Notes: generated from the letters alone by a model not told the origin. A DNA stretch of 64,000 nt from an uncultured Bdellovibrionales bacterium (GCA_964500505.1 CAZCNN010000001.1:66621-130620), one strand, 5' to 3'; numbered from the stretch's first letter, positions 47,802-56,828 are shown. Numbers and translations: made by a program.

Positions 47802-48206
47802 ATGATGGCAATCCGAAATGAATCAGTCCGCCGTCAGTCAGTGATCAACTTCAAGGCAGCTATCGACCACATGGCTAGGAACGTTGCGGAACAGTTACGC
47901 GCAGATGAAGCATTGCCGGATTTACGAATCACGAGTGGTCAATTCGCCGCCGGGCGTTGGGCTTTTCCCGAGGAGTACCGCCCAATAATTGAACACGCGA
48001 TGGCACAAGTGATTGTCCACCAGAAATACGAACTATCCGGGGCCCAGCTCCATCTCGCGTGCATCGAGGGAGTAATGCAAGCAGGCAAGCTCTGGATTGA
48101 TGGCATCCTGCAGAAGGATACATCCAAGAATAGACCGCGACTAATTCAGTCGAGACGTTCCTCCCTACGGGTTTGCACTTCGATTCGTAGAAGCACCCAG
48201 AAATAG
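47802..48206 (+). CDS. hypothetical protein
   Basis: SD aaggaga. 134 aa. Confidence 0.45.
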   Translation: MMAIRNESVRRQSVINFKAAIDHMARNVAEQLRADEALPDLRITSGQFAAGRWAFPEEYRPIIEHAMAQVIVHQKYELSGAQLHLACIEGVMQAGKLWIDGILQKDTSKNRPRLIQSRRSSLRVCTSIRRSTQK

Positions 48207-48261
48207 TCCGGATGCGCCTATGCCCGCCGACTCTCCACGTGAGGGCCGGCGTTTTTCTTTG

Positions 48262-48281
48262 TTACGTAATTAATTACGTAA
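48262..48281. promoter_or_regulatory. palindrome pair TTACGTAA-N4-TTACGTAA (20-bp perfect palindrome)
   Basis: ttacgtaa ttaa ttacgtaa, directly after the terminator gagggccggcgtttttcttt. Confidence 0.4.
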
Positions 48282-48292
48282 TTCTACGGTAT

Positions 48293-48859
48293 TTATATTT
48301 CTTCCGTTAATTGTAAAAGCGGCAGTATTTCATCGTTGTGCATACCACGCGCCACAGCGTACTCCAGATACTTGAGAGAATTTTCATGCTGTTCGGCATC
48401 GTAGGCATCGACTCCATTGAGGGCCAAGATGACTTCATAGTCACGCATATAGGCGTCGATAGCGGTCGTTCGGACGCACGTCATCGTATTGATACCAGTG
48501 AGAATGAGCGTATCAATGCCCTTTGCTACCAAGTATGTTTCGAGGTCGGTATTGAAAAAAGAACTAAAACGCTTTTTTACTATCTCTTTGTCTTCGTCAT
48601 CGCGGTGCAGTTCGGGCAGCAACCTCACGCCATCGGTACCCTCTATGGTCACCGGCTTATTATGCTTGCGATTATAAAGTGGAGCATCAGAGAGATCAGC
48701 TTTGTATTCCTGACGTATCCATATGACCGGGATACCTCGAGTGTGAGCCCTATCCACAAGTGCATTCACTGAGTTTGTGAGCTTTTCCCGACGTTCTGCT
48801 AACGGACCGCTAAGGAAAAATTCTTGCTGGAGATCAATAACGAGTAACGCTGGTTGCAT
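48293..48859 (-). CDS. isochorismatase-family cysteine hydrolase
   Basis: LLVIDLQ...LILTGINTMTCVRTTAIDA (D-K-C triad). Confidence 0.85.
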   Translation of the reverse strand: MQPALLVIDLQQEFFLSGPLAERREKLTNSVNALVDRAHTRGIPVIWIRQEYKADLSDAPLYNRKHNKPVTIEGTDGVRLLPELHRDDEDKEIVKKRFSSFFNTDLETYLVAKGIDTLILTGINTMTCVRTTAIDAYMRDYEVILALNGVDAYDAEQHENSLKYLEYAVARGMHNDEILPLLQLTEEI

Positions 48860-48879
48860 AGTTTGAGGCGATAAGTATA

Positions 48880-49188
48880 TTATTTCGCTTCATCCTCTAT
48901 CCACTTGGCATAAGAGGCGTTGGATTCGGCATTGAGTTTCATGATGCACGGGGCTTCGTAGGGATGGATGGCTTCGACTGCTATCTTTACCTTGACCCAA
49001 TTCTCTTTCTTGGTTTTAACCAGCGTGACAATTTCTTTACTCGTGGCAATCTCACCTTTCCACCAGTACGAGCTTTCGATAGGGAAATAGTTCACGCAGG
49101 CGATGAGTCTGTCACGAAGCAGAGCCTCCGCGACTTTCTTCGCATCTTTCTTATTCTTGTGGGCGATGTAGATGCTGATGAATTTCAT
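48880..49188 (-). CDS. cutA: divalent-cation tolerance protein CutA
   Basis: 102 aa, CutA1 fold sequence. Confidence 0.75.
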   Translation of the reverse strand: MKFISIYIAHKNKKDAKKVAEALLRDRLIACVNYFPIESSYWWKGEIATSKEIVTLVKTKKENWVKVKIAVEAIHPYEAPCIMKLNAESNASYAKWIEDEAK

Positions 49189-49199
49189 ATTGCTCTAAT

Positions 49200-49466
49200 C
49201 TACTTTACGGTTTCCTTACAAATCATAAGTCCACTATCCTCACGACGGCACTTCTTGCCACATTCATAATCATAATTTGATTTGCCGTTTGAAATATCTG
49301 CAACCCATAATCGACACTGATCAAGAGTCTCAAAACCAGGCATAATAACCCATTTAGAACTGTCTCCTATATTATCTTTGTCAGGATAATAGAAACCTAC
49401 CCAATCAGCGTTCTTTGAACATCCTGACAGAGCGAGTGCAAATACTATTAGTGTAATGTATTTCAT
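49200..49466 (-). CDS. lipoprotein (lipobox LSGC), AT-rich
   Basis: MKYITLIVFALALSGCS. Confidence 0.5.
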   Translation of the reverse strand: MKYITLIVFALALSGCSKNADWVGFYYPDKDNIGDSSKWVIMPGFETLDQCRLWVADISNGKSNYDYECGKKCRREDSGLMICKETVK

Positions 49467-49473
49467 TTAATAT

Positions 49474-50022
49474 TTACGCAATGGTTACAATCTGGACGCC
49501 AGCAGGAATTCTTGCCTCAGAAATTTCATGCACAAGGCCTATTCCCCTCGCTTCTTCGGCTGAAATTATACTGCCCTTTTTCATTAAATCATCGACAGTG
49601 GCGTAGTTTATAGCTGTAAAATCGCTAATGTTTTTTGCTATGTTTTCTCTGTCTCGCCTGAGAGTAGCCAATCTTTCTTCAAGCTGTTGTTCAGTTAAGC
49701 TTGATTGAGGAAAATTGGCCATCACCCCATGAAAGAGAAAAGAAGAGTTTTTCTGTGCGATGCGCTTTGTGCCAGCGGAAAATATCACACTTGCAATTGA
49801 ATCAATTTGTCCCACATTATGGACATTAATTGGTATCGGCGAAGACTTGATAAGAGTCGCAATATTCATACCATCAAAAACGCTTCCACCCGGTGATGAG
49901 ATAAGAATTGTTATTTCGGTGAATTGACTGTTTATTGCGTTTGTAATCGTAGCAAGCAGTTGTCCAGCCGACTGAGGATTTACACCAGCCTGAAAAATAA
50001 TATATAGCGGCTTCATATCCAT
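49474..50022 (-). CDS. ClpP-fold serine peptidase (S14-like, short)
   Basis: ISSPGGSV...GQIDSIASV...FLFHGVM...AEEARGIGLVHEI parallels the ClpP Ser and His motifs. Confidence 0.65.
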   Translation of the reverse strand: MDMKPLYIIFQAGVNPQSAGQLLATITNAINSQFTEITILISSPGGSVFDGMNIATLIKSSPIPINVHNVGQIDSIASVIFSAGTKRIAQKNSSFLFHGVMANFPQSSLTEQQLEERLATLRRDRENIAKNISDFTAINYATVDDLMKKGSIISAEEARGIGLVHEISEARIPAGVQIVTIA

Positions 50023-50687
50023 TATTGCTTAGCTATCTTTCTAATTACATCTACTGCGGGAGAATTATAAATAAATTCTACCTGCGAACTTACCTCTGTA
50101 AGAATATTATGTGCACTTCCAGTTGCCGTAAACTCGATGTGGATCTGTCCGGGTTGTGGCATGGGTTGACCTGGGACATTCATTGCTTGTAAACCAGGTT
50201 GAACGATAACTGGTGCGCTTGTTGTAGACTGAGCTGGAGAAATTTTCTGATCTGCAATTCTTCTAATCAAATAGTCAAGAAACTCTACACTTGAATAGAA
50301 TCGACTTATAGTATCTGCTCCGGTTTCCTCAAGCTCTGAAATGAATAAATGTATACTATTGTTCCAACTATTTGTTGGTAAAAGGGTGTGCGATAATCGA
50401 TATGTATGGTTATTTAATCTGGCTTCTCTAATCCTTTGTTCTGCACTACGTATTTCTTGGAGGATGAGGCTAGCAATGTCGCGTTTCTGGTCCTGCTTTT
50501 GTTTCAAATACAAATAGTAAGCAACAAATGCTGTAAAAAGAGTTAGCGCAGCCACGAAAAACTGAGAATTAAGTGCCAACCAAACTTTTGGAAAGTTTTC
50601 AATTACAGCACTTAATATAAAGATTGCCCCAGCTAATATCGCAGTTGAAGTAACTAGATATGTTGCGAAGTCAAATACTTTTTTCAT
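50022..50687 (-). CDS. hypothetical 2-TM membrane protein coupled to the ClpP-like gene
   Basis: 1-nt stop/start overlap. AT-rich. Confidence 0.5.
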   Translation of the reverse strand: MKKVFDFATYLVTSTAILAGAIFILSAVIENFPKVWLALNSQFFVAALTLFTAFVAYYLYLKQKQDQKRDIASLILQEIRSAEQRIREARLNNHTYRLSHTLLPTNSWNNSIHLFISELEETGADTISRFYSSVEFLDYLIRRIADQKISPAQSTTSAPVIVQPGLQAMNVPGQPMPQPGQIHIEFTATGSAHNILTEVSSQVEFIYNSPAVDVIRKIAKQ

Positions 50688-50713
50688 ACAGTTTAGTATT
50701 AAGTTATAAGTAT

Positions 50714-50741
50714 AAAAGCGGGGCGAAATGCCCCGCTTTTA
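50714..50741 (-). terminator. dnaK terminator gcggggc-gaaat-gccccgc + T-run
   Basis: Perfect 7-bp GC stem. Confidence 0.75.
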
Positions 50742-50749
50742 TGCTACTC

Positions 50750-52672
50750 TTATTTCTTTTCTTCTTCAACTTTGCTCTCAGGAGCCTCAGTTTCAGCGTC
50801 TTTTGGCGCATCAGCCGTACCCTCAGCCTTGGCTTCACTGGTAGCACCCTGCTTGGCGGCCTCAGCTTCAGAAGCGGCTTTGTAGAGTTTCTCACCAATC
50901 TTCTGAGCAGCTTGGGAGAGGGTCTCGGTCGCTTTCTTGATAGCGTCGAGGTCGTCACCGTTCTTTACTTTGTTGAGCTCGGTGATAGCATCCTCTACTG
51001 GCTTCTTCTCTTCGGCCGTGATCTTATCCCCTGCATCCTTCATGGCTTTTTCGGTCGTGTAGGACAGAGTGTCGGCCATGTTGCGGGCTTCGATGAGGGC
51101 CTTTTTGTTCTTATCCTCTTCGGCGTGGAGCTCGGCATCTTTCTTCATGCGCTCGATTTCATCTTTTGACAAACCGGTCGATGATTCGATGCGGATGTTC
51201 TGGCTCTTCCCTGTGGCCTTGTCTTTGGCGGACACCGTGAGGATACCAGAGGCGTCGATATCAAACGTCACCTCAATCTGTGGCACACCCCGGGGAGCCG
51301 GCATGATACCATCGAGGATGAACTGACCGAGCGATTTGTTGTCCCCTGCCATCTCGCGCTCACCCTGGAGCACATGGATCTGGACCGACGGCTGATTGTC
51401 AGAAGCGGTCGAGAATACCTGTGAGCGACTGACTGGCACGGTAGTGTTGCGGTCGATGAGTGGCGTACGGACTCCACCCATGGTCTCGATACCGAACGTG
51501 AGCGGAGTGACATCGAGGAGGAGGACATCCTTGACTGAGCCTTCGAGCACACCACCCTGGATAGCAGCACCGAGGGCGACGACTTCATCAGGGTTCACCG
51601 TGATGTTGGGCTTCTTGCCAAAGAATTTCTCTACTTCGGCGAGGACGAGAGGCATGCGGGTCATACCACCGACGAGCACCACTTCGGAGAGGTCCTTCAC
51701 GTCAATCTTGGCATCAGCCAGGGCCTTTTTCACTGGCTCAAACGAAGCCTTGACCAAATCCCCGACCAATTCCTCGAGCTTGGCCCGAGAGAGTTTGATG
51801 AGGAGGTGCTTGGGACCAGAGGCATCAGCAGTGATAAACGGCTGGTTGATTTCGGATTCCTGTGCGGTCGAGAGCTCGATCTTGGCCTTCTCGGCGGCTT
51901 CCTTGATGCGCTGGAGAGCGAGTGGGTCTTTGGACAGGTCGAGTCCTTCTTGCTTCTTGAATTCATCGAGGATCCAGTGGATAATGCGCTGGTCAAAGTC
52001 GTCACCTCCGAGATGCGTGTCACCATTGGTCGAGCGGACTTCTACCGTGTCTTCGGATACTTCGAGGATCGAGATATCGAACGTCCCACCACCGAGGTCA
52101 TAGACGGCGATCTTTTCATCTTTCTTCTTGTTGAAGCCATAGGCGAGCGCAGCAGCCGTCGGTTCGTTGATGATACGACGGACATTGAAGCCAGCGATTT
52201 CTCCCGCTTCTTTGGTCGCTTTGCGCTGTGAGTCATCGAAGTAGGCCGGGACCGTGATGACGGCATCGGTGATTTTCTCTCCGAGCTTTTCCTCGGCATC
52301 GGCCTTGAGCTTGGCCAAGACCATGGCGCTTATCTCCTGTGGGCTGTACTCCTTGCCACCCATGACGATCTTGACGCCTTCACCGGCCTGGACCACCTTG
52401 TACGGCAGAGTCTTCATGTCACGCTGGGCATCTTCGTCGCTAAAGTGTCGCCCGATGAGACGCTTGACGGAGAAGAGAGTATTCTCTGGGTTGGTGACAG
52501 ACTGACGCTTGGCGAGGAGCCCCACCAGACGCTCACCAGTCTTTGACACGGCAATCATCGACGGAGTCGTGCGATTCCCTTCTTTGTTCTCGATAATGGT
52601 CGGAGTCCCACCCTCCACGAATGCCATGGCAGAGTTGGTTGTCCCGAGATCGATTCCTAATATTTTACTCAT
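50750..52672 (-). CDS. dnaK: chaperone DnaK (Hsp70)
   Basis: IDLGTTNS...DLGGGTFD motifs. Confidence 0.95.
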   Translation of the reverse strand: MSKILGIDLGTTNSAMAFVEGGTPTIIENKEGNRTTPSMIAVSKTGERLVGLLAKRQSVTNPENTLFSVKRLIGRHFSDEDAQRDMKTLPYKVVQAGEGVKIVMGGKEYSPQEISAMVLAKLKADAEEKLGEKITDAVITVPAYFDDSQRKATKEAGEIAGFNVRRIINEPTAAALAYGFNKKKDEKIAVYDLGGGTFDISILEVSEDTVEVRSTNGDTHLGGDDFDQRIIHWILDEFKKQEGLDLSKDPLALQRIKEAAEKAKIELSTAQESEINQPFITADASGPKHLLIKLSRAKLEELVGDLVKASFEPVKKALADAKIDVKDLSEVVLVGGMTRMPLVLAEVEKFFGKKPNITVNPDEVVALGAAIQGGVLEGSVKDVLLLDVTPLTFGIETMGGVRTPLIDRNTTVPVSRSQVFSTASDNQPSVQIHVLQGEREMAGDNKSLGQFILDGIMPAPRGVPQIEVTFDIDASGILTVSAKDKATGKSQNIRIESSTGLSKDEIERMKKDAELHAEEDKNKKALIEARNMADTLSYTTEKAMKDAGDKITAEEKKPVEDAITELNKVKNGDDLDAIKKATETLSQAAQKIGEKLYKAASEAEAAKQGATSEAKAEGTADAPKDAETEAPESKVEEEKK

Positions 52673-52710
52673 AATCTTATATTTACTGCTTATTTATAAC
52701 TTTATAAATT

Positions 52711-53298
52711 TCAATTAACGCTCACTCTGGCTGGTCTGACTACTTTCGTACCTACTTTGTATCCCTTTTGGAGAACCTTGGCGATTTTGTGCTGTTCGCT
52801 ATTCCCCTCCTCGGTCTCCTCGGTCCCAACTGCCTCATGCAGATTTGGGTCAAATGCATCGCCTGGCTCGGCATCTATGGGAGTGACACCATTGTCGACG
52901 AGTACTGCTTCCAATTGTTTCTCAATGTACTGGATACCGGTCACCCATGGGCTGTCTTTCTGTTCGGGTGGGACATGAGATGTCGCGGCGCGGAAGTTGT
53001 CGAGCACAGGGACAATATCGAGGACGAGCTTTTCTATGAGATATCCGCCCAGTTCTTTCTGCGATTCTGCCTGCCGCTTCTTGTAGTTTTCAAAGTCCGC
53101 TTGGGTCCGTTTGAGATCATCGAGATACTCTTCGGCTTTCACCTGCCATTCTGACTTTACTTCATCAGTGTTTTCATTCGTCATCGGCTCTTCGCCTGCT
53201 TGCTCCTTGCTACTCTCTTCTTCCTCCTCATTCATTGTTGGTTTTTTCTTAAGCATATATTTGCACATTATTTTATTAGGATGAACGAGTGAGGGCAC
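52711..53298 (-). CDS. grpE: nucleotide exchange factor GrpE
   Basis: QADFENYKKR core. The start may instead be at MNEEEE (53235). Confidence 0.85.
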   Translation of the reverse strand: MPSLVHPNKIMCKYMLKKKPTMNEEEEESSKEQAGEEPMTNENTDEVKSEWQVKAEEYLDDLKRTQADFENYKKRQAESQKELGGYLIEKLVLDIVPVLDNFRAATSHVPPEQKDSPWVTGIQYIEKQLEAVLVDNGVTPIDAEPGDAFDPNLHEAVGTEETEEGNSEQHKIAKVLQKGYKVGTKVVRPARVSVN

Positions 53299-53373
53299 TC
53301 TTGGCTATCTCAAATTGTCTCTGGCGCTCTTCTTCGGTCATGACCTCTGGTTCTTCTGCTTCCGTGTCTTGGT

Positions 53374-54120
53374 CTACCATACCTGTGGGATGAAGATAAT
53401 CATCACTCCCATCGAAGTCCCGAGGAACTTGCGCATGTATTCGATAAGGGATTTGTTCTTGGCGTAGTCCATCCGCTTGGGTCCGATGATAGCGAGCATC
53501 CCGCGTCCTTCATCTGTCTGATACGGCGCTACAATCATAGAACAATTGTTGATACCGTCGATGGGGTTTTCATTGCCGATAAAGATACGCGTTTCACCGT
53601 CCTTTAGTTTGAGCATCACCCCGTCCAACTTTTCATCGAGTGAATCAAGTGTTTCGACAAGGCGACAGAGTTCATCCATTTCTTGAAACTCCGGATTGTC
53701 GATGAGATCCCGCATCCCGAAATCGTAGAATTCATCCTTGTCGACGATGCCTGAAACAGCGAGATTGCCAGAGAGAGACGAGAGGAGTTTGGCGGTACTC
53801 CGTCCTAACCGCATATGCTTGGCTTTGAGCTGGAGGAGTTCTTTCTGGAGTCGGCGCTGGTCCTCTCGGGAAAGATCGGTATCTCCCATCATCTCCTCCA
53901 CGTACATCCGATACCCGAGGTCAGTCGGGATGCGACCGGCCGAGACGTGAGGCTGATAGAGGTACCCTTCTTCCTCAAGCGTCACCATATCGTTGCGTAG
54001 AGTCGCGCTGCTTACCCCGAAGTCATAGTGCTCAAGGAGCGCCTGTGACCCCACCGGCACCGCGGTCTTGGTGTAGAGCTCGACGATAGCGGAAAGTAGT
54101 TGTTTTTGACGATCGATCAT
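53374..54120 (-). CDS. hrcA: heat-inducible transcription repressor HrcA
   Basis: N-terminal wHTH LLSAIVELYTKTAVPVGS. Confidence 0.9.
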   Translation of the reverse strand: MIDRQKQLLSAIVELYTKTAVPVGSQALLEHYDFGVSSATLRNDMVTLEEEGYLYQPHVSAGRIPTDLGYRMYVEEMMGDTDLSREDQRRLQKELLQLKAKHMRLGRSTAKLLSSLSGNLAVSGIVDKDEFYDFGMRDLIDNPEFQEMDELCRLVETLDSLDEKLDGVMLKLKDGETRIFIGNENPIDGINNCSMIVAPYQTDEGRGMLAIIGPKRMDYAKNKSLIEYMRKFLGTSMGVMIIFIPQVW

Positions 54121-54198
54121 AGGAAGAAGCTTTTAGCTTATAGGCATTAGCTTGTAGGAAATACCCCGGGAAAAATCATAAAACTTCAATACAATTTC

Positions 54199-54239
54199 AT
54201 TATAATAAGTGGTTAGCACTCTGTCAAGTCGAGTGCTAA
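54199..54239 (-). promoter_or_regulatory. hrcA promoter (TTGACA-17-TATAAT on the minus strand) overlapping a perfect CIRCE operator TTAGCACTC-N9-GAGTGCTAA
   Basis: CIRCE lies at 54213-54239 and the -35 lies inside the CIRCE spacer. Confidence 0.85.
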
Positions 54240-54322
54240 TTGGAAGTTTTTGGCACGCCACCACACCAATTTTAAGGCTTTATAAAAGTAATTCTTCGAG
54301 AGTGGTCATTGGTGTGGTGGAA

Positions 54323-54376
54323 TAAAAAAAGCCCGCCCGAATCGCAATGATGAGTTGCGAATCGTTGCGGGCAGGC
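54323..54376 (-). terminator. terminator after the small Cys-rich gene run
   Basis: gcccgc...gcgggc two-part stem plus T-run on the minus strand. Confidence 0.55.
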
Positions 54377-54419
54377 CCTCTGGAGAAGTCTCCTTTGGGC
54401 GATGTGACTTGGTCGTGGC

Positions 54420-54644
54420 TCAGTGACTGGGCCGATTGAGGGCGTCGACCACTCGCTGACACAAATCGCAATTCGGACAAGGTCTCGGGCCGAGAACGCA
54501 CTCATCGTTTCGAAATGACCACGATGCATGGCGCAGATTCGTCCGCGCCTCGAGACGAGCGCACCAGGTGACTTCAGCAGGCAACACATTCACGGCATCT
54601 GGGTCAGCTGGTGACTTAGCCGACATAAGTGACAACTGCATCAT
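54420..54644 (-). CDS. small Cys-rich protein (74 aa)
   Basis: SD aaggaga. CPNCDLC. Confidence 0.45.
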   Translation of the reverse strand: MMQLSLMSAKSPADPDAVNVLPAEVTWCARLEARTNLRHASWSFRNDECVLGPRPCPNCDLCQRVVDALNRPSH

Positions 54645-54823
54645 GTCTCCTTAGGTTGCGCCAGAGTGGCGTGGTTGTCGCAGTACGTACGCGACACGCA
54701 GGCGAGGCAGTGCTCGCTCCCGCGAAGTCTTGACGTGTCAGCGATAGGGACCTGGACCCCGGTACCCTGGCCCTTGGACAGGCACAGGATAACCGGGACA
54801 GAAAGTGGGATAGGTATTCCCAT
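54641..54823 (-). CDS. small Cys-containing protein (60 aa)
   Basis: SD aggaga. Confidence 0.4.
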   Translation of the reverse strand: MGIPIPLSVPVILCLSKGQGTGVQVPIADTSRLRGSEHCLACVSRTYCDNHATLAQPKET

Positions 54824-54831
54824 GTTGTCTC

Positions 54832-55227
54832 CTAACGGTTGCGAGTGTGGGGACGGTTGGAGCGTTGCCGAGGCCAGCGTCGATGATGCGCGGGACCATA
54901 GGGTGAATACCCCGATATTGAAGGCATGACGCGCTTTGTACGAGAAAGCAGAGTCACTGCCGGCTCGTCAATGGTGAGGTTGTCGAGCCTCGGCTCCCCG
55001 AGGTCGGGGCACTGGTCCAAATCACCCGCGACAGCCTTGAGGAGTCGCGCTATCGCATCACTGTCATCGCAAATCAGGACGCGATTGGTGGGCACGCGCT
55101 CAAAGAGGGCGCCGGGTTCACGCAAAGCACGCGCTTGCTCCACGGTCATAAAGACCACGCCGACATGCACGGCCAACCCAGCCGTGACAACCACGGCGGG
55201 GTCTTGATCATTTTCATCAATCATCAT
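54832..55227 (-). CDS. hypothetical protein (131 aa), GC-rich
   Basis: SD gaggagg, ATGA-coupled to the upstream gene. The C-terminal third is low-complexity. Confidence 0.45.
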   Translation of the reverse strand: MMIDENDQDPAVVVTAGLAVHVGVVFMTVEQARALREPGALFERVPTNRVLICDDSDAIARLLKAVAGDLDQCPDLGEPRLDNLTIDEPAVTLLSRTKRVMPSISGYSPYGPAHHRRWPRQRSNRPHTRNR

Positions 55228-55556
55228 GCCTCCTCAATTCGTTGAGTTGCGGATCCCCAATCAACTCCCCAGATAATCGGGGTGTCGTGCCCTGAGTGGG
55301 AGATTCTGAATTTCGCGCTCACGGGGTCAACGATGTCATCACAGGCCTGACAACAAGTCCAGCGGTCGCCATGACTCCCATACCTGTTCTTGTCTGTGAT
55401 GACCGTCTTGCAAGCCGGGTTGAGACATCGGGAGGTCTCGGTAGATTCGGCCTTTGCCACTATGCTTTGATCAGCTGGGGCTGGGGCCGGATTCGAAGTC
55501 CCTGCAGCCTGTTGATTCTGGGCGACTCTCTTGGCCCGCCTTGTCCTCGTGTTCAT
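55224..55556 (-). CDS. zinc-ribbon Cys-rich protein (110 aa)
   Basis: SD agagga. Start at MNTRTRR. CLNPACK...CCQAC. Confidence 0.5.
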   Translation of the reverse strand: MNTRTRRAKRVAQNQQAAGTSNPAPAPADQSIVAKAESTETSRCLNPACKTVITDKNRYGSHGDRWTCCQACDDIVDPVSAKFRISHSGHDTPIIWGVDWGSATQRIEEA

Positions 55557-55581
55557 GCAATCCTCTAGGTTGGTAAGAAAA

Positions 55582-55818
55582 CTATACGACAGGGTCATAG
55601 CCCCCGTCGTGCCACGGATGGCAGCGGATGATGCGCTTGGCGCTCATCCAACTTCCTCGGAACACTCCATACCGGGCGATAGCCTGATAGGAATACTCTG
55701 AGCAGGTAGGATAGAAGCGACAGAACCGCATCGGTATGACTCGACCGATAATCCCATGATCAAAAGAGAGGGTCTTTTGATAGATGCGAATGATGCCGAG
55801 AGCGATGCTTTTGAACAT
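55582..55818 (-). CDS. yidD: membrane protein insertion efficiency factor YidD
   Basis: [10 protein letters not shown]...[12 protein letters not shown]. Confidence 0.85.
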   Translation of the reverse strand: MFKSIALGIIRIYQKTLSFDHGIIGRVIPMRFCRFYPTCSEYSYQAIARYGVFRGSWMSAKRIIRCHPWHDGGYDPVV

Positions 55819-55919
55819 ATCGTCATTGTCTCTTGTTTCCAGCTTTTGTCAATGGTATAATGTTGAGGAAACAAACACAAAGAGATTCTCAGCCCAGGGC
55901 TGATGATTTTTCTGGCTCA

Positions 55920-56828
55920 ATGAAAACGATACAACACAAAAACCTTACGTGGATTGATTTCGAGGACCCGACTCCGGATGATATCACCTACCTCCAGGAG
56001 AACTTCAATATCCACCCCCTCGCTATCGAGGAACTGGTCACCCCGACCTATCAGCCCAAAGTCGTTCAGTACGATGGGTGTTTGTTTTTTTCGATTCATA
56101 TCCCCCTCTTTGATACTAAACTCCGCACTACCTATCCTGGTGAGCTCGATATCATCCTGACCAAGGAGCACCTCATCACCAGCCATCGCCACACCATCTA
56201 CCAGCTCACAAGTTTTTTTGATTTGCTTGAACAAAGTGAGGGCAAGCGTCGCCTCTACCTCGAAAGCAATCCCGCCCGGCTCCTCCATCATATCCTCGAA
56301 ATTCTCCTCAATTCTTGTTTCCCCAAGCTCGACCATATCACCGAAAAGCTCGACTTTATCGAGATGCAGGTATTCTCGGGCAAAGAGAAAGAGATGGTAC
56401 TCGAAATCTCGGTACTCAAGCGTGATATCCTCAATTTCCGCCGAACACTCAAGCCCCAGCGGGCCATCATCGAGTCGCTCATCCAGCGTGACCACCCCCA
56501 TATCCCGAACGAGCTCACCGTCTACTACCAGGACCTCATCGGTACCAATATTCGCCTGTGGAACCTCCTCGAGAGCCAAAAAGAGACTATCGAAGCGCTT
56601 GAGGACACCAACAACTCCCTCCTCTCAAACAAGCTCGATCAGACGATGAAAATACTCACCATTTTTTCGGCTATCCTCCTCCCACTCACTGCCTATTCCA
56701 ACATGATGTCGATGAATGCCGCTGTGCCCTTTATCCACAACGACTTCGGCTTTTGGATTCATCTCCTCATAATGGGGTTCATCTCGATTATCACCTTTGC
56801 CATCTTCAAGGTCCGCAATTGGCTGTAG
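55920..56828 (+). CDS. corA: CorA-family divalent cation transporter (SMN variant of the GMN motif)
   Basis: Start at MKTIQHK. Two C-terminal TM helices with YSNMMSMNAAVPF. Confidence 0.7.
   Translation: MKTIQHKNLTWIDFEDPTPDDITYLQENFNIHPLAIEELVTPTYQPKVVQYDGCLFFSIHIPLFDTKLRTTYPGELDIILTKEHLITSHRHTIYQLTSFFDLLEQSEGKRRLYLESNPARLLHHILEILLNSCFPKLDHITEKLDFIEMQVFSGKEKEMVLEISVLKRDILNFRRTLKPQRAIIESLIQRDHPHIPNELTVYYQDLIGTNIRLWNLLESQKETIEALEDTNNSLLSNKLDQTMKILTIFSAILLPLTAYSNMMSMNAAVPFIHNDFGFWIHLLIMGFISIITFAIFKVRNWL

Noticed and set aside
46609-48292. Integron cassette array (attC sites) interpretation of the TTACGTAA palindromes
   Set aside because: There is no intI or attI. The palindromes lack the R''-L''...L'-R' asymmetric structure and GTTRRRY core sites of attC. 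A protein operator is the simpler explanation.
54272-54589. 105-aa ORF from the track
   Set aside because: It has no SD. It overlaps the SD-supported 74-aa gene in another frame and runs through the terminator hairpin at 54323-54376.
55478-55510. tmRNA-like 5' end GGGGCTGGGGCCGGATTCGAAG on the + strand
   Set aside because: It lies inside an SD-supported minus-strand gene (55224-55556). No tRNA-like T-arm/ACCA 3' end occurs within 300-400 nt downstream, because corA coding sequence is there. It is probably chance similarity in GC-rich coding DNA.
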